The notes under the pieces were generated by a model that saw only the letters and a list, made by a program, of their open reading frames with translations, was not told the origin of the DNA and ran no database searches. From positions 9,727 through 73,726 of the forward strand of contig JAWOLH010000068.1 in the NCBI GenBank assembly GCA_033853695.1: a stretch of DNA of 64,000 nt, read 5' to 3'. The DNA is from Gemmatimonadales bacterium (GTDB lineage Bacteria > Gemmatimonadota > Gemmatimonadetes > Gemmatimonadales > GWC2-71-9). Below are positions 22,112 through 31,597 of this stretch, one piece after another. Within the stretch, counting starts at the first letter, position 1. Each line of letters begins with the position of its first letter. The position numbers and the translations under genes are program-made.

Positions 22112-22193
22112 CCGGCCCGACGGACCAAAGGGGTACGGGCCCTCTCCGCCGTGGGTGCGGAGAGGGCCCGCTGCTTGGTAGCTTGTAGCCGCG

Positions 22194-22841
22194 ATGTCCG
22201 TCCTCACCGGTGTCTCCCTCGTTGCAGCGCTCGTCGGCACCCTGCTCGTCGCCGTGGCCGTCTGGGCCGGCCGGCGCCGCCGTCTGCTCCACAGCCTGGT
22301 GAGCGTGCTGGCGGGACTGCTTTGCCTGGCCCTCGCCGCGCTCTTCGCGGCCGTCACCATCGGGGTTCGCGGCTATCGGGCGTTGACGGCCGAAGAAGTG
22401 GCGGCGGTCGTGCAGACCGAGCCTGTAGGACCGCAACACTTCCGGGCGACGGTGACGATGCCCGATGGGCGTGTCGGCCAGTTCGACATCCTGGGCGACG
22501 CGCTGTACGTCGACGCCCGCATCCTCAAGTGGAAGCCGATCGTCAACATCCTCGGCCTGCAAACCGCGTACGAGCTGGACCGCGTCGGTGGCCGCTACAA
22601 CGCGATCCACGACGAGCGCAGCCGCCCGCACACCGTCTTCCCGCTGGGCAAGGATCATCTGGTGAACGTCTTCGGATTCGTGCACCGCCATCCGCGATTC
22701 CTGGCGCCGCTCGTGGACGCGAGCTACGGATCGGGGACGTTCGTGAGCGTCCTGCGCCCCGCGAAGTACGAGGTTCGGGTGTCGACGACGGGGCTGTTGA
22801 TCAGGCTAGTCTCTGATTCTGTGGGGCCGACTGCGCACTAG
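22194..22841 (+). CDS. hypothetical membrane protein (2 N-terminal TM + soluble domain)
   Basis: ATG start, two hydrophobic helices, then a 150-aa domain with normal composition. Confidence 0.55.
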   Translation: MSVLTGVSLVAALVGTLLVAVAVWAGRRRRLLHSLVSVLAGLLCLALAALFAAVTIGVRGYRALTAEEVAAVVQTEPVGPQHFRATVTMPDGRVGQFDILGDALYVDARILKWKPIVNILGLQTAYELDRVGGRYNAIHDERSRPHTVFPLGKDHLVNVFGFVHRHPRFLAPLVDASYGSGTFVSVLRPAKYEVRVSTTGLLIRLVSDSVGPTAH

Positions 22842-22873
22842 GCGTAATCGGTCATCGGTGGTGATCTGGAAGC
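22840..22873 (+). repeat. repeat copy 1: AGGCGTAATCGGTCATCGG plus inverted 11-mer GATCTGGAAGC
   Basis: The 19-mer is identical to 24466..24484. The 11-mer 22863..22873 is the reverse complement of 24493..24503. Confidence 0.8.
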
Positions 22874-22922
22874 GCGCACCATACCTACCGAAGACCGAGG
22901 ACCGCGGACGCATTCAAACCTC

Positions 22923-23492
22923 GTGACTCACCTTCGGCGTCATAACCTTGTGTCGACACCCGTTGCGCCGCCGTCATTAGACGACCGCGTCGTCCGTGCG
23001 CGCGCGGGCGACGAGTCGGCGTTCGAGGCCCTGTACCGCGAGCACGCGGGACGGGTGTACGCCCTGTGCCTGCGTCTCAGCGGAGACCCTGGCCGGGCGG
23101 CCGATTTGACCCAGGATGTCTTCGTGCGCTGCTGGGAGAAACTGGGGACGTTCCGCGGGGAAAGCGCGTTCGGCTCCTGGCTGTATCGCCTCGCGGTGAA
23201 CGTCGTGTGGATGGCGAATCGGGGGGATCGACGGCGGGAAGACCGGGTGTTGCCGGTGGCTGAGCCCGACACGCACGAGCGGGGCGGCACGCAGGGCACA
23301 CCGGGTCTCGGGATCGATCTCGAGCGCGCCATCGCCGCGTTGCCGCAGGGGGCGCGGGAGGTGTTCGTGTTGTACGAAGTCGAAGGCTACCGCCACGACG
23401 ATATCGCCCGGATGACGGGGATCGCGATCGGGACATCGAAAGCCCAGCTGTTCCGCGCGAAGCGCCTGCTCAGGGAGCGCCTGGAGCAATGA
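22923..23492 (+). CDS. ECF-type RNA polymerase sigma-70 factor
   Basis: Region 2 (DLTQDVFVRCWEKL) and region 4 HTH (VLYEVEGYRHDDIARMTGIAIGTSKAQLFRAKRLL). GTG start. Confidence 0.85.
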   Translation: MTHLRRHNLVSTPVAPPSLDDRVVRARAGDESAFEALYREHAGRVYALCLRLSGDPGRAADLTQDVFVRCWEKLGTFRGESAFGSWLYRLAVNVVWMANRGDRRREDRVLPVAEPDTHERGGTQGTPGLGIDLERAIAALPQGAREVFVLYEVEGYRHDDIARMTGIAIGTSKAQLFRAKRLLRERLEQ

Positions 23493-24466
23493 ACGAGAAG
23501 GAGCTGCGGGACGCCGTGGAGCGGCTGCCGCGGACGATCGAACCGCCGCAGGATCTCTGGCCGGGGATCCAGGAGAGAATCAGGCGGAAAAGGCGCCGCT
23601 TTCCTGTGTGGCTTCCGCTCGCGGCCGCCGCGGTCGTGGCCGGCATCCTGCTCTTCCGGCCTCGTGGGGACACCTGGGCGGTGCAGCGCGTGGCGGGGGC
23701 GCCGCGGGTCGGCGACGTTCTCCTCGGCGGGTCGGGGCGGTTGCGGGTCGGTCAGTGGCTCGAGACCGACGACTCGTCGCGCGCCACGATCGCGGTCGGG
23801 GAGATCGGTCACGTCGACGTGCAGCCCGACTCCCGTGTGCGCCTGGTGCGGGCCGAGGCGACCGATCACCGCCTGGCGCTCGCCTATGGGGCGATTCACG
23901 CGAAGGTGGACGCCCCGCCACGCCTCTTCTTTGTCGATACCCCGGCCGGCACGGCGGTGGATCTGGGATGCGAGTACACGCTCGAAACCGACTCGAGCGG
24001 ACGCGGCCTGCTGCACGTCACGGGGGGATTCGTCGAATTCGCCTGGAGCGGCGCGCGCTCGATCGTCCCGGTCGATGCCTACGCCGCGACACGGCCCGGG
24101 CGCCCGCCCGGCATCCCCTATGTGTCCGATGCGCCGGCGGCGCTACGGCAGGCGCTCGACTCGTTCGCCTTCGCTGCGGGTGGTGAGGGCGCCGTGCGCG
24201 CGGCGCTCGACGCGGCGCGCTCCGAAGACGCCCTCTCGCTCTGGCACCTCCTGGCGAGGGTCGACGTCGCACAGCGGAGTGCGGTATACGATCGGCTGGC
24301 GGCCCTCGTGCCGCCGCCCGCCGGTGTCACGCGTGAGCGCGCCATCGCCCTCGATCCGGAGACGCTCGATCGCTACTGGACGCTGATCAAGCGGATCCAC
24401 TTCCGGATCGTGGTGCTACGGGGGATTCGGGATGTGGATGCGAGGACGGGGAGGGCTAGAGACTGA
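23489..24466 (+). CDS. anti-sigma factor, FecR-like periplasmic domain
   Basis: ATGA overlap with the sigma gene. Short cytoplasmic N-terminus, one TM (FPVWLPLAAAAVVAGILLF), then a FecR-like segment. Confidence 0.7.
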   Translation: MNEKELRDAVERLPRTIEPPQDLWPGIQERIRRKRRRFPVWLPLAAAAVVAGILLFRPRGDTWAVQRVAGAPRVGDVLLGGSGRLRVGQWLETDDSSRATIAVGEIGHVDVQPDSRVRLVRAEATDHRLALAYGAIHAKVDAPPRLFFVDTPAGTAVDLGCEYTLETDSSGRGLLHVTGGFVEFAWSGARSIVPVDAYAATRPGRPPGIPYVSDAPAALRQALDSFAFAAGGEGAVRAALDAARSEDALSLWHLLARVDVAQRSAVYDRLAALVPPPAGVTRERAIALDPETLDRYWTLIKRIHFRIVVLRGIRDVDARTGRARD

Positions 24467-24533
24467 GGCGTAATCGGTCATCGGCGGCCGATGCTTCCAG
24501 ATCAGCGACCGATGACCGACTACCGATAACGCC
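24466..24533. repeat. repeat copy 2: long imperfect palindromic element between convergent genes
   Basis: GGCGTAATCGGTCATCGG (24467..24484) can pair with CCGATGACCGACTACCGATAACGCC (24509..24533). Fills the gap between the two convergent stops. Confidence 0.75.
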
Positions 24534-24535
24534 GC

Positions 24536-27500
24536 TTAGAATCCCGGGGACAGACTGAACTCCCAGTACCAGCCCTTCACCGGCCGCTGGAATGGTTTCA
24601 CGTAGTCCGCCTCGGCGACCGCGAAGCCGAACAGGTTCATGCGCAACGCGAGTCCCGTGCTCGTGACCGCTTGGCGGTGGGAGAGCGACGTCGCCTGCTC
24701 CCTGTTCCAGGCGACTCCGGCGTCCGCGAAGATCCCGGCTTCGATCGGGAGTGCGCCATAGTACCCGCTCCCCAGGCCGAGCACGCCGAGCAGGGGGAAG
24801 CGAAGCTCGACGTTGCCGAGCAGCAGGCGACTGCCGAACAGCCGGTCGAACGCGGGGCATGTCGTGCCGCTCGAGTCGCACTCCGCGGCACTGAACGAGT
24901 TGTAATCGTAGCCACGCACCAGCTGGGGATACCCGAGGAACAGCGGGAACAGCACCGAGTTCTCGGCGTCCGGGCCGTAGCGGCCCGCGTGCGCGATCCG
25001 GGCGGCGATCGTCCACCGGCGCACCGGCATGATGTATTTGCGATAATCTGCGGTCACGCTCACCATGCGGAGCGAGCCGAACCACGGATCGGCCTCGAGC
25101 CGGTAGCGGGTGCCGAGGATCGGGCTCGTCGCCCCGAAGAAGGAGTTGTCGTATACCAGCGCGCCGGAAGTGATGCCGAGGTTCAGAGCGTTCGGCGCCG
25201 GCAGACTGACCGTCGAGTCGAGGATCTGCGAACCGTTGAAATCGAACGCCCGGATCTGCAGCTCGTTCGAAAACGAGATGTTCTCGTAACCGGCGGAGAA
25301 TTCGACCCGCTGGACCCGGCTCAAGGGATAGGTCGTAAACCCGACCGCCGAGCGTTCGGTCTGGCGGACGAGCTGGGCCTCTTCGATATAGGCGGGTTGG
25401 CCGTTCACTGTTCCGGTACCCGCCGCGAATCCTCCCGTCAGGTACGGGACCTGCTGGACGGCGACTCCCCAGTTGAGGCGGCGGCGTTGATTGATGTACG
25501 CGACCACCGCGCCGACGTCCTTGAACCCGCCGTTCACCTGCAGGCCGGTGATCAGCGTGCGATCTCCCAGCATATCGCTCCAGACGAGGGTCGCGCCGCC
25601 TCCGATGAACGTGCCGTAGGAGCTCGCGCCGATGGCGAGGTAGGGCTGCGACACGTAGTCGAGCGAGAGACCGGGGCTGTAGGCCGTCACCCGGGTGTCA
25701 CTCGGAGAGGGGAGACCGGTCCGCGCGTCGGCGAGCTTCGCCTCGAGCGAATCCGGCTGGCGTGTCGCCAGCGGGAGGATGTCGGCGCCGGGGGAGGGAA
25801 TTGCCGACAGCGGCTTGCCGGCGAGCAGCGCGGGGTCCTTGATCGTGTACAGCCGGTACCCGATCGAATCGTACGCCGTGAAGACGAGCTCCCCGGTCCG
25901 CTCGGCCACCGAGATGACGGGGCTCGAGGCGGTGATGCCGCTCGCCCCGACGAAGAGGTTCGTCACCTGGGAGATGTCGCCCGACGCGATATCCATGCGG
26001 TACACATTGTCGATGCCGCCGCGGTCGGAGACGAAGTACAGACTCTTACCATCGGCGCTCCACTGCGGGCTGATGTGCTTCGCGCCCCGGAACCCCGGCA
26101 GCTGGCGGATGTTGCCCGTCTCGAGATCGAGCAGCGCCAGCTGATAGGTCCCCGCCTTCAGCAGTGCGGTGTCGGTGTCGAACCGGTCGGTGACGAAGGC
26201 GATGGTACGGCCGTCGGGTGACCAGACCGGCTGCAGGTCGGCGTAGAGATCGTTCGTGAGGCGGCGTTCCGTGCCGGTCGCTACGTCATACACGTACAGG
26301 TCGGTCCACCCGTCGACTTGTGCCGAAAAGGCGACCGACTTCCCGTCGGGCGACCACGTCGTGCTGAAGATCTGCCCGAGGGTAGGGAATCGGATCTCTT
26401 TCTCCGCCTTTCCCGAACTCACGTCGAGGATGGACAGCACCGGCCGGCCCTTCTCGACGACGCCGAAGGCGAAGCGGTTCCCGGTATTGTCCCAGGCCCC
26501 GGCCGAGCTGATGAATCCGACGCTCTCGTAATGGGGGTCGAGTGCGGTGTTCGTGAGTGTGCGCTCGACCTTGCCGCTCTTCACGTCGGCGAGATACAGA
26601 TCGATCGAGAACAGGCCCCGTTCCGAAAAGAAGGCGATGTGGCTCCCGTCGGGGCTCAACGCGGGCGCGACGTTGAGCGACGCGCCACTCTTCTCCGACG
26701 CGAGCTGCTGGCCGTACGCCTCGGGAGCGCTGGTGATACTCTGTAGCGGCGCGTACGTGGAGCGGACGGCATCCTGCCACTGGTGCGACAGCGAGTCGAG
26801 CTTCTCCCCCGAGAGCCGCTCGAGCTCCATCGTCACGTTGCCGCTTCTCCCCGCGGACTTGAGCAGCATCGGCACCACCGCTTCGCCATAGCGGCTCGTG
26901 AGGTAGGCCCAGAACGCCTGTCCCCAGCGATAGGGGAAGTAGCGCGGATCGTCGAGTTGCTTGATGGAGGGGATCTTGTTGTGCATCACCGCGTCGCGCA
27001 GCCACATCGCGGTGTTCGGGTCGGTGGACCCGAGCGACAGGTACTCCGCCATCCCTTCGATGAACCAGAGCGGCAGCCGGGTGGCCGCGGGGAGCGATCC
27101 CGTGCGGCCGGTGCCGGTGATGTCGTACTGGAAAGCGTGGACCAGCTCGTGGCCGATCACGTGATCGGTCTCGGAGAGGGGACCCGCGAGCGGCAGCACG
27201 ATGCGGCGCTTCAGGGCCTCCGTGACGCCACCGGTACTTTCGTCGAGGTCACCGCTCACGACGTTGGTCTGCTCGAAGTGAGGATGGCTGGCGTAGAGCA
27301 CGAGCGGCTGCGTGCCACGCAGCTGGTGACCGAGCAGGGAGGTGTAGCGCGCGTACCAGCGCTCCGCCATCCGTCCCGCTTCGAGCGCCGCTTCGCGCTC
27401 CTCGGGATAGAAGAACACCTCGAAATGCTCGGTGTGGAGGACCTGAAACTGCAGGGTTTCGTACTGGACCTTGTTGCGCCCGAATCCCTGCGCCTGGCTC

Positions 27501-27544
27501 ACGACCGGGATCGACAATCCCAGGACCGTGGCTAGCAACACCAT
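24536..27544 (-). CDS. outer-membrane fusion protein: HExxH peptidase-like N-domain + PD40/TolB-like beta-propeller + Omp85/BamA-like C-terminal barrel
   Basis: ATG 27544 gives signal peptide MVLLATVLGLSIPVVSQAQG. HELVHAF zinc motif. Repeated WSPDG PD40 motifs. C-terminal barrel ends in ..EFSLSPGF. Confidence 0.75.
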   Translation of the reverse strand: MVLLATVLGLSIPVVSQAQGFGRNKVQYETLQFQVLHTEHFEVFFYPEEREAALEAGRMAERWYARYTSLLGHQLRGTQPLVLYASHPHFEQTNVVSGDLDESTGGVTEALKRRIVLPLAGPLSETDHVIGHELVHAFQYDITGTGRTGSLPAATRLPLWFIEGMAEYLSLGSTDPNTAMWLRDAVMHNKIPSIKQLDDPRYFPYRWGQAFWAYLTSRYGEAVVPMLLKSAGRSGNVTMELERLSGEKLDSLSHQWQDAVRSTYAPLQSITSAPEAYGQQLASEKSGASLNVAPALSPDGSHIAFFSERGLFSIDLYLADVKSGKVERTLTNTALDPHYESVGFISSAGAWDNTGNRFAFGVVEKGRPVLSILDVSSGKAEKEIRFPTLGQIFSTTWSPDGKSVAFSAQVDGWTDLYVYDVATGTERRLTNDLYADLQPVWSPDGRTIAFVTDRFDTDTALLKAGTYQLALLDLETGNIRQLPGFRGAKHISPQWSADGKSLYFVSDRGGIDNVYRMDIASGDISQVTNLFVGASGITASSPVISVAERTGELVFTAYDSIGYRLYTIKDPALLAGKPLSAIPSPGADILPLATRQPDSLEAKLADARTGLPSPSDTRVTAYSPGLSLDYVSQPYLAIGASSYGTFIGGGATLVWSDMLGDRTLITGLQVNGGFKDVGAVVAYINQRRRLNWGVAVQQVPYLTGGFAAGTGTVNGQPAYIEEAQLVRQTERSAVGFTTYPLSRVQRVEFSAGYENISFSNELQIRAFDFNGSQILDSTVSLPAPNALNLGITSGALVYDNSFFGATSPILGTRYRLEADPWFGSLRMVSVTADYRKYIMPVRRWTIAARIAHAGRYGPDAENSVLFPLFLGYPQLVRGYDYNSFSAAECDSSGTTCPAFDRLFGSRLLLGNVELRFPLLGVLGLGSGYYGALPIEAGIFADAGVAWNREQATSLSHRQAVTSTGLALRMNLFGFAVAEADYVKPFQRPVKGWYWEFSLSPGF

Positions 27545-27696
27545 CCGACCCGCTTTCACAGTGTTCACCTCGTTGTAGGCCGCTTGGAGGGTGGCGAATT
27601 CCCTCACGTGATACCACGCAGTTCCACTTCGGTTCAAATGTTCCCCCGCCCGGGGCCTTGACGGACCTCACTGAATCATGACCTTAACGGCCCTAC

Positions 27697-29031
27697 TTGA
27701 CCACCTACGCGCGTCGCCTCGGTCTCTTTTCCGCCACGATGGCCGTCATCGGGGGCATCATCGGCGGCGGCATCTTCCGGACACCGGCGTCGGTCGCCGA
27801 GCGCGTCGGCACGGCCCCGCTCTTCCTTATAGCCTGGGTGCTGGGCGGGTTAGTCGCCCTCGCCGGGGGGTTCTGCTACGGCGAGCTGGGCAGCCGCCAG
27901 CCCAGGGCCGGCGGCGGGTATGTGTATTTGAGGGAAACGCTGGGTCCCCTCCCGGCGTTCCTCTACGGCTGGGCGCTGTTGTTCGTCATGGCGACGGGGG
28001 CCATCGCCGCCGTGGCCAAGACGTTTGCCGGGTACTTCCTCGCCCTCACCGGCCTGCCCGAGACGCTCACCGTTCCAGTGGCCGTCGCCGCGATCGTCCT
28101 GCTCGTGGGGATCAATTACCTGGGCGTGAAGCCAGCCGCCGTTACTCAGAACGTCTTCACGATTCTGAAGCTCGCCGCCCTGGCGGCACTGATCGCGGTC
28201 GGTCTCACGTTCACCACCCCCTACCGTACGCTACCGTCTTCTCCCGTTCCGGAGGGAACGGGAGGGGCGTTGGTTGCCGTCGGCGCCGCCCTGGTGCCGA
28301 TCCTCTTTACCTACGGCGGTTGGCAGCAGACCAACTTCATCGCCGAAGAGATCATCGAGCCGGAGCGCAATCTACCGCGCGCCCTCGTGCTGGGAGTGAT
28401 CGGCGTGGTGACGGTCTACCTTCTCGCCAACATCGCGTACCTGCGGGTGCTCGGATCCGCCGGGTTGGCACAGAGCACGGCGCCCGCCGCCGACGTGATG
28501 CGCGGGCTGCTCGGCCCCGCCGGGGGCACGATCATCGCGGCCGGGATCGCCGCGTCGACCTTCGGCTTCCTGAACCTCGTCATCCTCGTGACCCCGCGTG
28601 TCTTCCAGGCGATGGCGGCCGACGGCGTGTTTTTCCCACGGCTCGCGCGGCTGCACCCGGTCTATCGCACCCCAACCGTGGCCATTCTCGTCCAGGGGGT
28701 CTGGTCGATCGTGCTGACGCTGAATCGCAGCTTCACCGCGCTGGTGGATTACGTCGCCTTCGGCGACTGGATCTTCTTCGGGCTGACGGTGACGGGGCTC
28801 TTCATCTATCGGGCACGAGGAGGAGGGGACCCGCCGCCGTTCCGGGCGCCGGGAGGAATATGGACACCGGGGTTCTTCGTGGTGGCGGCGGGATACGTCG
28901 TCGCAAGTTCAATAGGAGCCAATCCAGGAAACGCTCTGATCGGAACGGGACTGATTCTTCTCGGTGTGCCAGTCTACCTCTATTGGCGGCAACGTGTTGG
29001 CAAAAATCAGGCGGCGGGGGAGACGCTGTAG
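27697..29031 (+). CDS. APC superfamily amino acid permease
   Basis: 12-TM pattern. N-terminal GGIIGGGIFRTP motif. TTG start. Confidence 0.8.
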   Translation: MTTYARRLGLFSATMAVIGGIIGGGIFRTPASVAERVGTAPLFLIAWVLGGLVALAGGFCYGELGSRQPRAGGGYVYLRETLGPLPAFLYGWALLFVMATGAIAAVAKTFAGYFLALTGLPETLTVPVAVAAIVLLVGINYLGVKPAAVTQNVFTILKLAALAALIAVGLTFTTPYRTLPSSPVPEGTGGALVAVGAALVPILFTYGGWQQTNFIAEEIIEPERNLPRALVLGVIGVVTVYLLANIAYLRVLGSAGLAQSTAPAADVMRGLLGPAGGTIIAAGIAASTFGFLNLVILVTPRVFQAMAADGVFFPRLARLHPVYRTPTVAILVQGVWSIVLTLNRSFTALVDYVAFGDWIFFGLTVTGLFIYRARGGGDPPPFRAPGGIWTPGFFVVAAGYVVASSIGANPGNALIGTGLILLGVPVYLYWRQRVGKNQAAGETL

Positions 29032-29064
29032 CCGCGGTCTGCGCGGCGGCTCGGCGTCTTCCCG

Positions 29065-30105
29065 TCAACTCGCCGTCTGTGCGTCTTCGGTGAGGTATTC
29101 CTCGCGGTACATCCTGATCAGCTCAAAGAAGTAGCTCAGGGCAAGCGGCCCGATCAGCAGCCCCAACAACCCGAAGTACGGCACCCCCGCCAGCGCCCCC
29201 ACCAGCGTCACGAGCGGATGGATGTTTGCCCAGCGGCGGAAGATGATCGGCCGCACGATGTAGTCGACGTTGCCTACGACGACCAGCCCCCAGATCGCGA
29301 GTCCGACGCCCAGCCCCCAATGGCCGCCCAGCGCCAGCGCGATCGCCCCTGGCCCCCAGACCATGCCGCTCCCGACGACCGGGAGAATGGCGAACACCAT
29401 CGTCACGACGCCCCAGAACACGGCGTTCGAAAGCCCCGTGATCCAGAACCCGAGACCCACGGCGGTGCCCTGGATGGCGGCGACCAGGCCGGTCCCGATG
29501 ATGGTCGATACCGTCACGTTACGAAACCGCTCGCGCAACAGCTCCGTGTTGTTGGTTGAAAAGGGGATGTAGGGACGCACCGACGTCCAGGCCTCACCGG
29601 GCCGCAGCAGTAGATAGTAGAGCCCGAAGAGGGAAATGGTGAGGTTCAGGACGAGACGGGTGGCCGTCCCGATGAGACCGAACGCCGAGCCGCCGATCCA
29701 CGAGACGACCTTGCCGCCGAGGTCCGCGAGCTGCGGCCCGATGGCGATGTTCCGGATGTGCAGCTGCGCGATGCGCGCGAGCAGCGGGCTGGCGGCGACG
29801 CCGCTCGCGATGTCCTGCGCCTGGCCGACGAGCAACCCGGCGAAGGAGACCCCCGGCACTACGATAAGAAAAAGCGCCATCACGATCACCACCGCCGCCG
29901 AGAGGCGCGCGGTCGTGCGGCGCGCCAGCCACTCGTACACCGGCTGGAACACGACATAGAGCACCGGGATCCCGAGCAGACCGGTCGCGAACGGGGTCAG
30001 CGAAACGATCAGCGCGATCCCGAGCGCGAAGATGAGAATGGCGGCGCGTTGGTGATTCGTGTCGAGAAAGGGCATGGCCAAGAGTAGGCGGGGCATGGAG
30101 GTCAC
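29065..30105 (-). CDS. AI-2E family transporter (PerM/UPF0118)
   Basis: 346 aa, about 8 TM, with the typical family layout and C-terminal region. Confidence 0.7.
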   Translation of the reverse strand: MTSMPRLLLAMPFLDTNHQRAAILIFALGIALIVSLTPFATGLLGIPVLYVVFQPVYEWLARRTTARLSAAVVIVMALFLIVVPGVSFAGLLVGQAQDIASGVAASPLLARIAQLHIRNIAIGPQLADLGGKVVSWIGGSAFGLIGTATRLVLNLTISLFGLYYLLLRPGEAWTSVRPYIPFSTNNTELLRERFRNVTVSTIIGTGLVAAIQGTAVGLGFWITGLSNAVFWGVVTMVFAILPVVGSGMVWGPGAIALALGGHWGLGVGLAIWGLVVVGNVDYIVRPIIFRRWANIHPLVTLVGALAGVPYFGLLGLLIGPLALSYFFELIRMYREEYLTEDAQTAS

Positions 30106-30165
30106 GCCAGACCAGCGGGACGGTGACGGCCGTTACTTGCCGGACCGCGCAGGGGAGGTTCCTTT

Positions 30166-30375
30166 GTGCGCATGGAATGGCGGATTGTGGGGCTCAATTT
30201 TCTCTATGCGGCCCTGGGCGTTGTCCTGATGTACATCTCGTACCGCGTCTTCGACCTGCTCACGCCCGGGGTCAATTTTCCTGCCGAATTGAAGCGCGGC
30301 AACATCGCGGTCGCGATCTTCATCGGCGCCCTGTTCGTGGCGATCGCGATGATCGTCGGGAGGGCGCTCAACTGA
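30166..30375 (+). CDS. DUF350-like small membrane protein
   Basis: 69 aa, two TM. GTG start 8 nt after AGGGGAGG. Confidence 0.6.
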   Translation: MRMEWRIVGLNFLYAALGVVLMYISYRVFDLLTPGVNFPAELKRGNIAVAIFIGALFVAIAMIVGRALN

Positions 30376-30389
30376 GGGGCGCGCTCGGA

Positions 30390-30968
30390 GTGGCGCTGCT
30401 CGGCGTCCTGGCATGCGCCGCGCGGGTCGAGGGCCAGCGGGCGCGGGACGTGGACCGCTATGACGCGAGCTTCCGCAAGTACACCAAGCGGTTCTTCGGC
30501 CCCGCCTTTGACTGGCGGCACTTCAAGGCGCAGGGGCTGGCCGAAAGCGGACTGGACACGGCGGCGCGGAGCCGCGATGGAGCGCGGGGCATCATGCAGC
30601 TGATGCCCAACACCCTGGCGGCGATTCGTTCACGGGCCCCGGAGCTCGACTCGATCCAGGATCCCGCGCTGAACATCGCGGCGGGGATCGAGCACGATCG
30701 CGCGCTGTGGGTGATGTGGGAGGATGCGGCGACGCCGCAGGATCACCGCCGCTTCATGTTCGCGAGCTACAACGCCGGTCTCGTCACGATCCAGCGGGCG
30801 CAGCGCCTGGCGCGGCGGCGGCATCTCGACCCCACGCTCTGGGCCAGCATCGTGCACGTGTCGGCCCGTGTGTGGCACTGGCGTCAGCGCCAGACGTTGC
30901 ACTACCTGCGGGTGCTCGAAGGCTGGTTCGACCAGCTCGACGAGCGCGGGCGGCTGGTGCGGCGTTAG
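30390..30968 (+). CDS. lytic transglycosylase (SLT domain)
   Basis: Catalytic context GLAESGLD and GIMQLMPNT in track ORF 30123..30968. Only the part after the DUF350 gene is credible. Start is GTG 30390 or CTG 30372. Confidence 0.7.
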   Translation: MALLGVLACAARVEGQRARDVDRYDASFRKYTKRFFGPAFDWRHFKAQGLAESGLDTAARSRDGARGIMQLMPNTLAAIRSRAPELDSIQDPALNIAAGIEHDRALWVMWEDAATPQDHRRFMFASYNAGLVTIQRAQRLARRRHLDPTLWASIVHVSARVWHWRQRQTLHYLRVLEGWFDQLDERGRLVRR

Positions 30969-31537
30969 TCCCGCGAGGGGTGATGGTCCTCGGGCCCGGG
31001 CATCCCCGGGTGTCCATCCTTCATGTGCCCGTGCAGCATGTCGTTCTCGTGCATCTCCATCATATCGGCCCATCCATCCACCCGGCCGCGCTGTGCATCG
31101 CTCAGGAGCGCACGCGCCTGCGCGGCGGCGACGAGCATGGCCCAGTGGGCGCGGCCCATCGCCGCGTGCGCCGCCTGAAAGTGCTGCTTCACGGCACTGG
31201 TATCGGGGGCACCGGCTCGCATGGCATTCGCCAGCTCCGTCATGTGCGTCTGCATCTCGGCTTGCGCGGCATCGTGGGCAGCCTTGGCGGCATCGCGCAG
31301 CGCGGTGAGCCGCGTGACCTGCTGAGCGGTCAGCTCGAGCGCGTCCTTACGCGCGAGGAGATGATCGGGCGTGAAGGCCATCGTGCGCATCATCGGGCCC
31401 ATCAGGCCCATCATGTGCATCATCATCATCTGGTCCATCATGGGGTGCATCCCCATGGGGGGCTTCGTGCTGTCAGGTTGCTGCGCCGCGAGCGGGGCGG
31501 CGACCAGGAGAGCCAGGAGCAGTCGGGGGGCGGTCAT
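30965..31537 (-). CDS. periplasmic Spy/CpxP-like (LTxxQ) protein with Met-rich N-terminal and His-rich C-terminal tracts
   Basis: Last 190 aa of track ORF 30965..33061. Signal peptide MTAPRLLLALLVAAPLAAQ. MGMHPMMDQMMMMHMMGLMGPMM tract. LELTAQQ and LLSDAQR motifs. HGHMKDGHPGMPGPEDHH tail. Confidence 0.7.
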   Translation of the reverse strand: MTAPRLLLALLVAAPLAAQQPDSTKPPMGMHPMMDQMMMMHMMGLMGPMMRTMAFTPDHLLARKDALELTAQQVTRLTALRDAAKAAHDAAQAEMQTHMTELANAMRAGAPDTSAVKQHFQAAHAAMGRAHWAMLVAAAQARALLSDAQRGRVDGWADMMEMHENDMLHGHMKDGHPGMPGPEDHHPSRD

Positions 31538-31597
31538 GGATCCTCGTCCTTGGGCGAAATGGTGGAACGGAACGCTGTAACCTAACTTGCCGAATCC

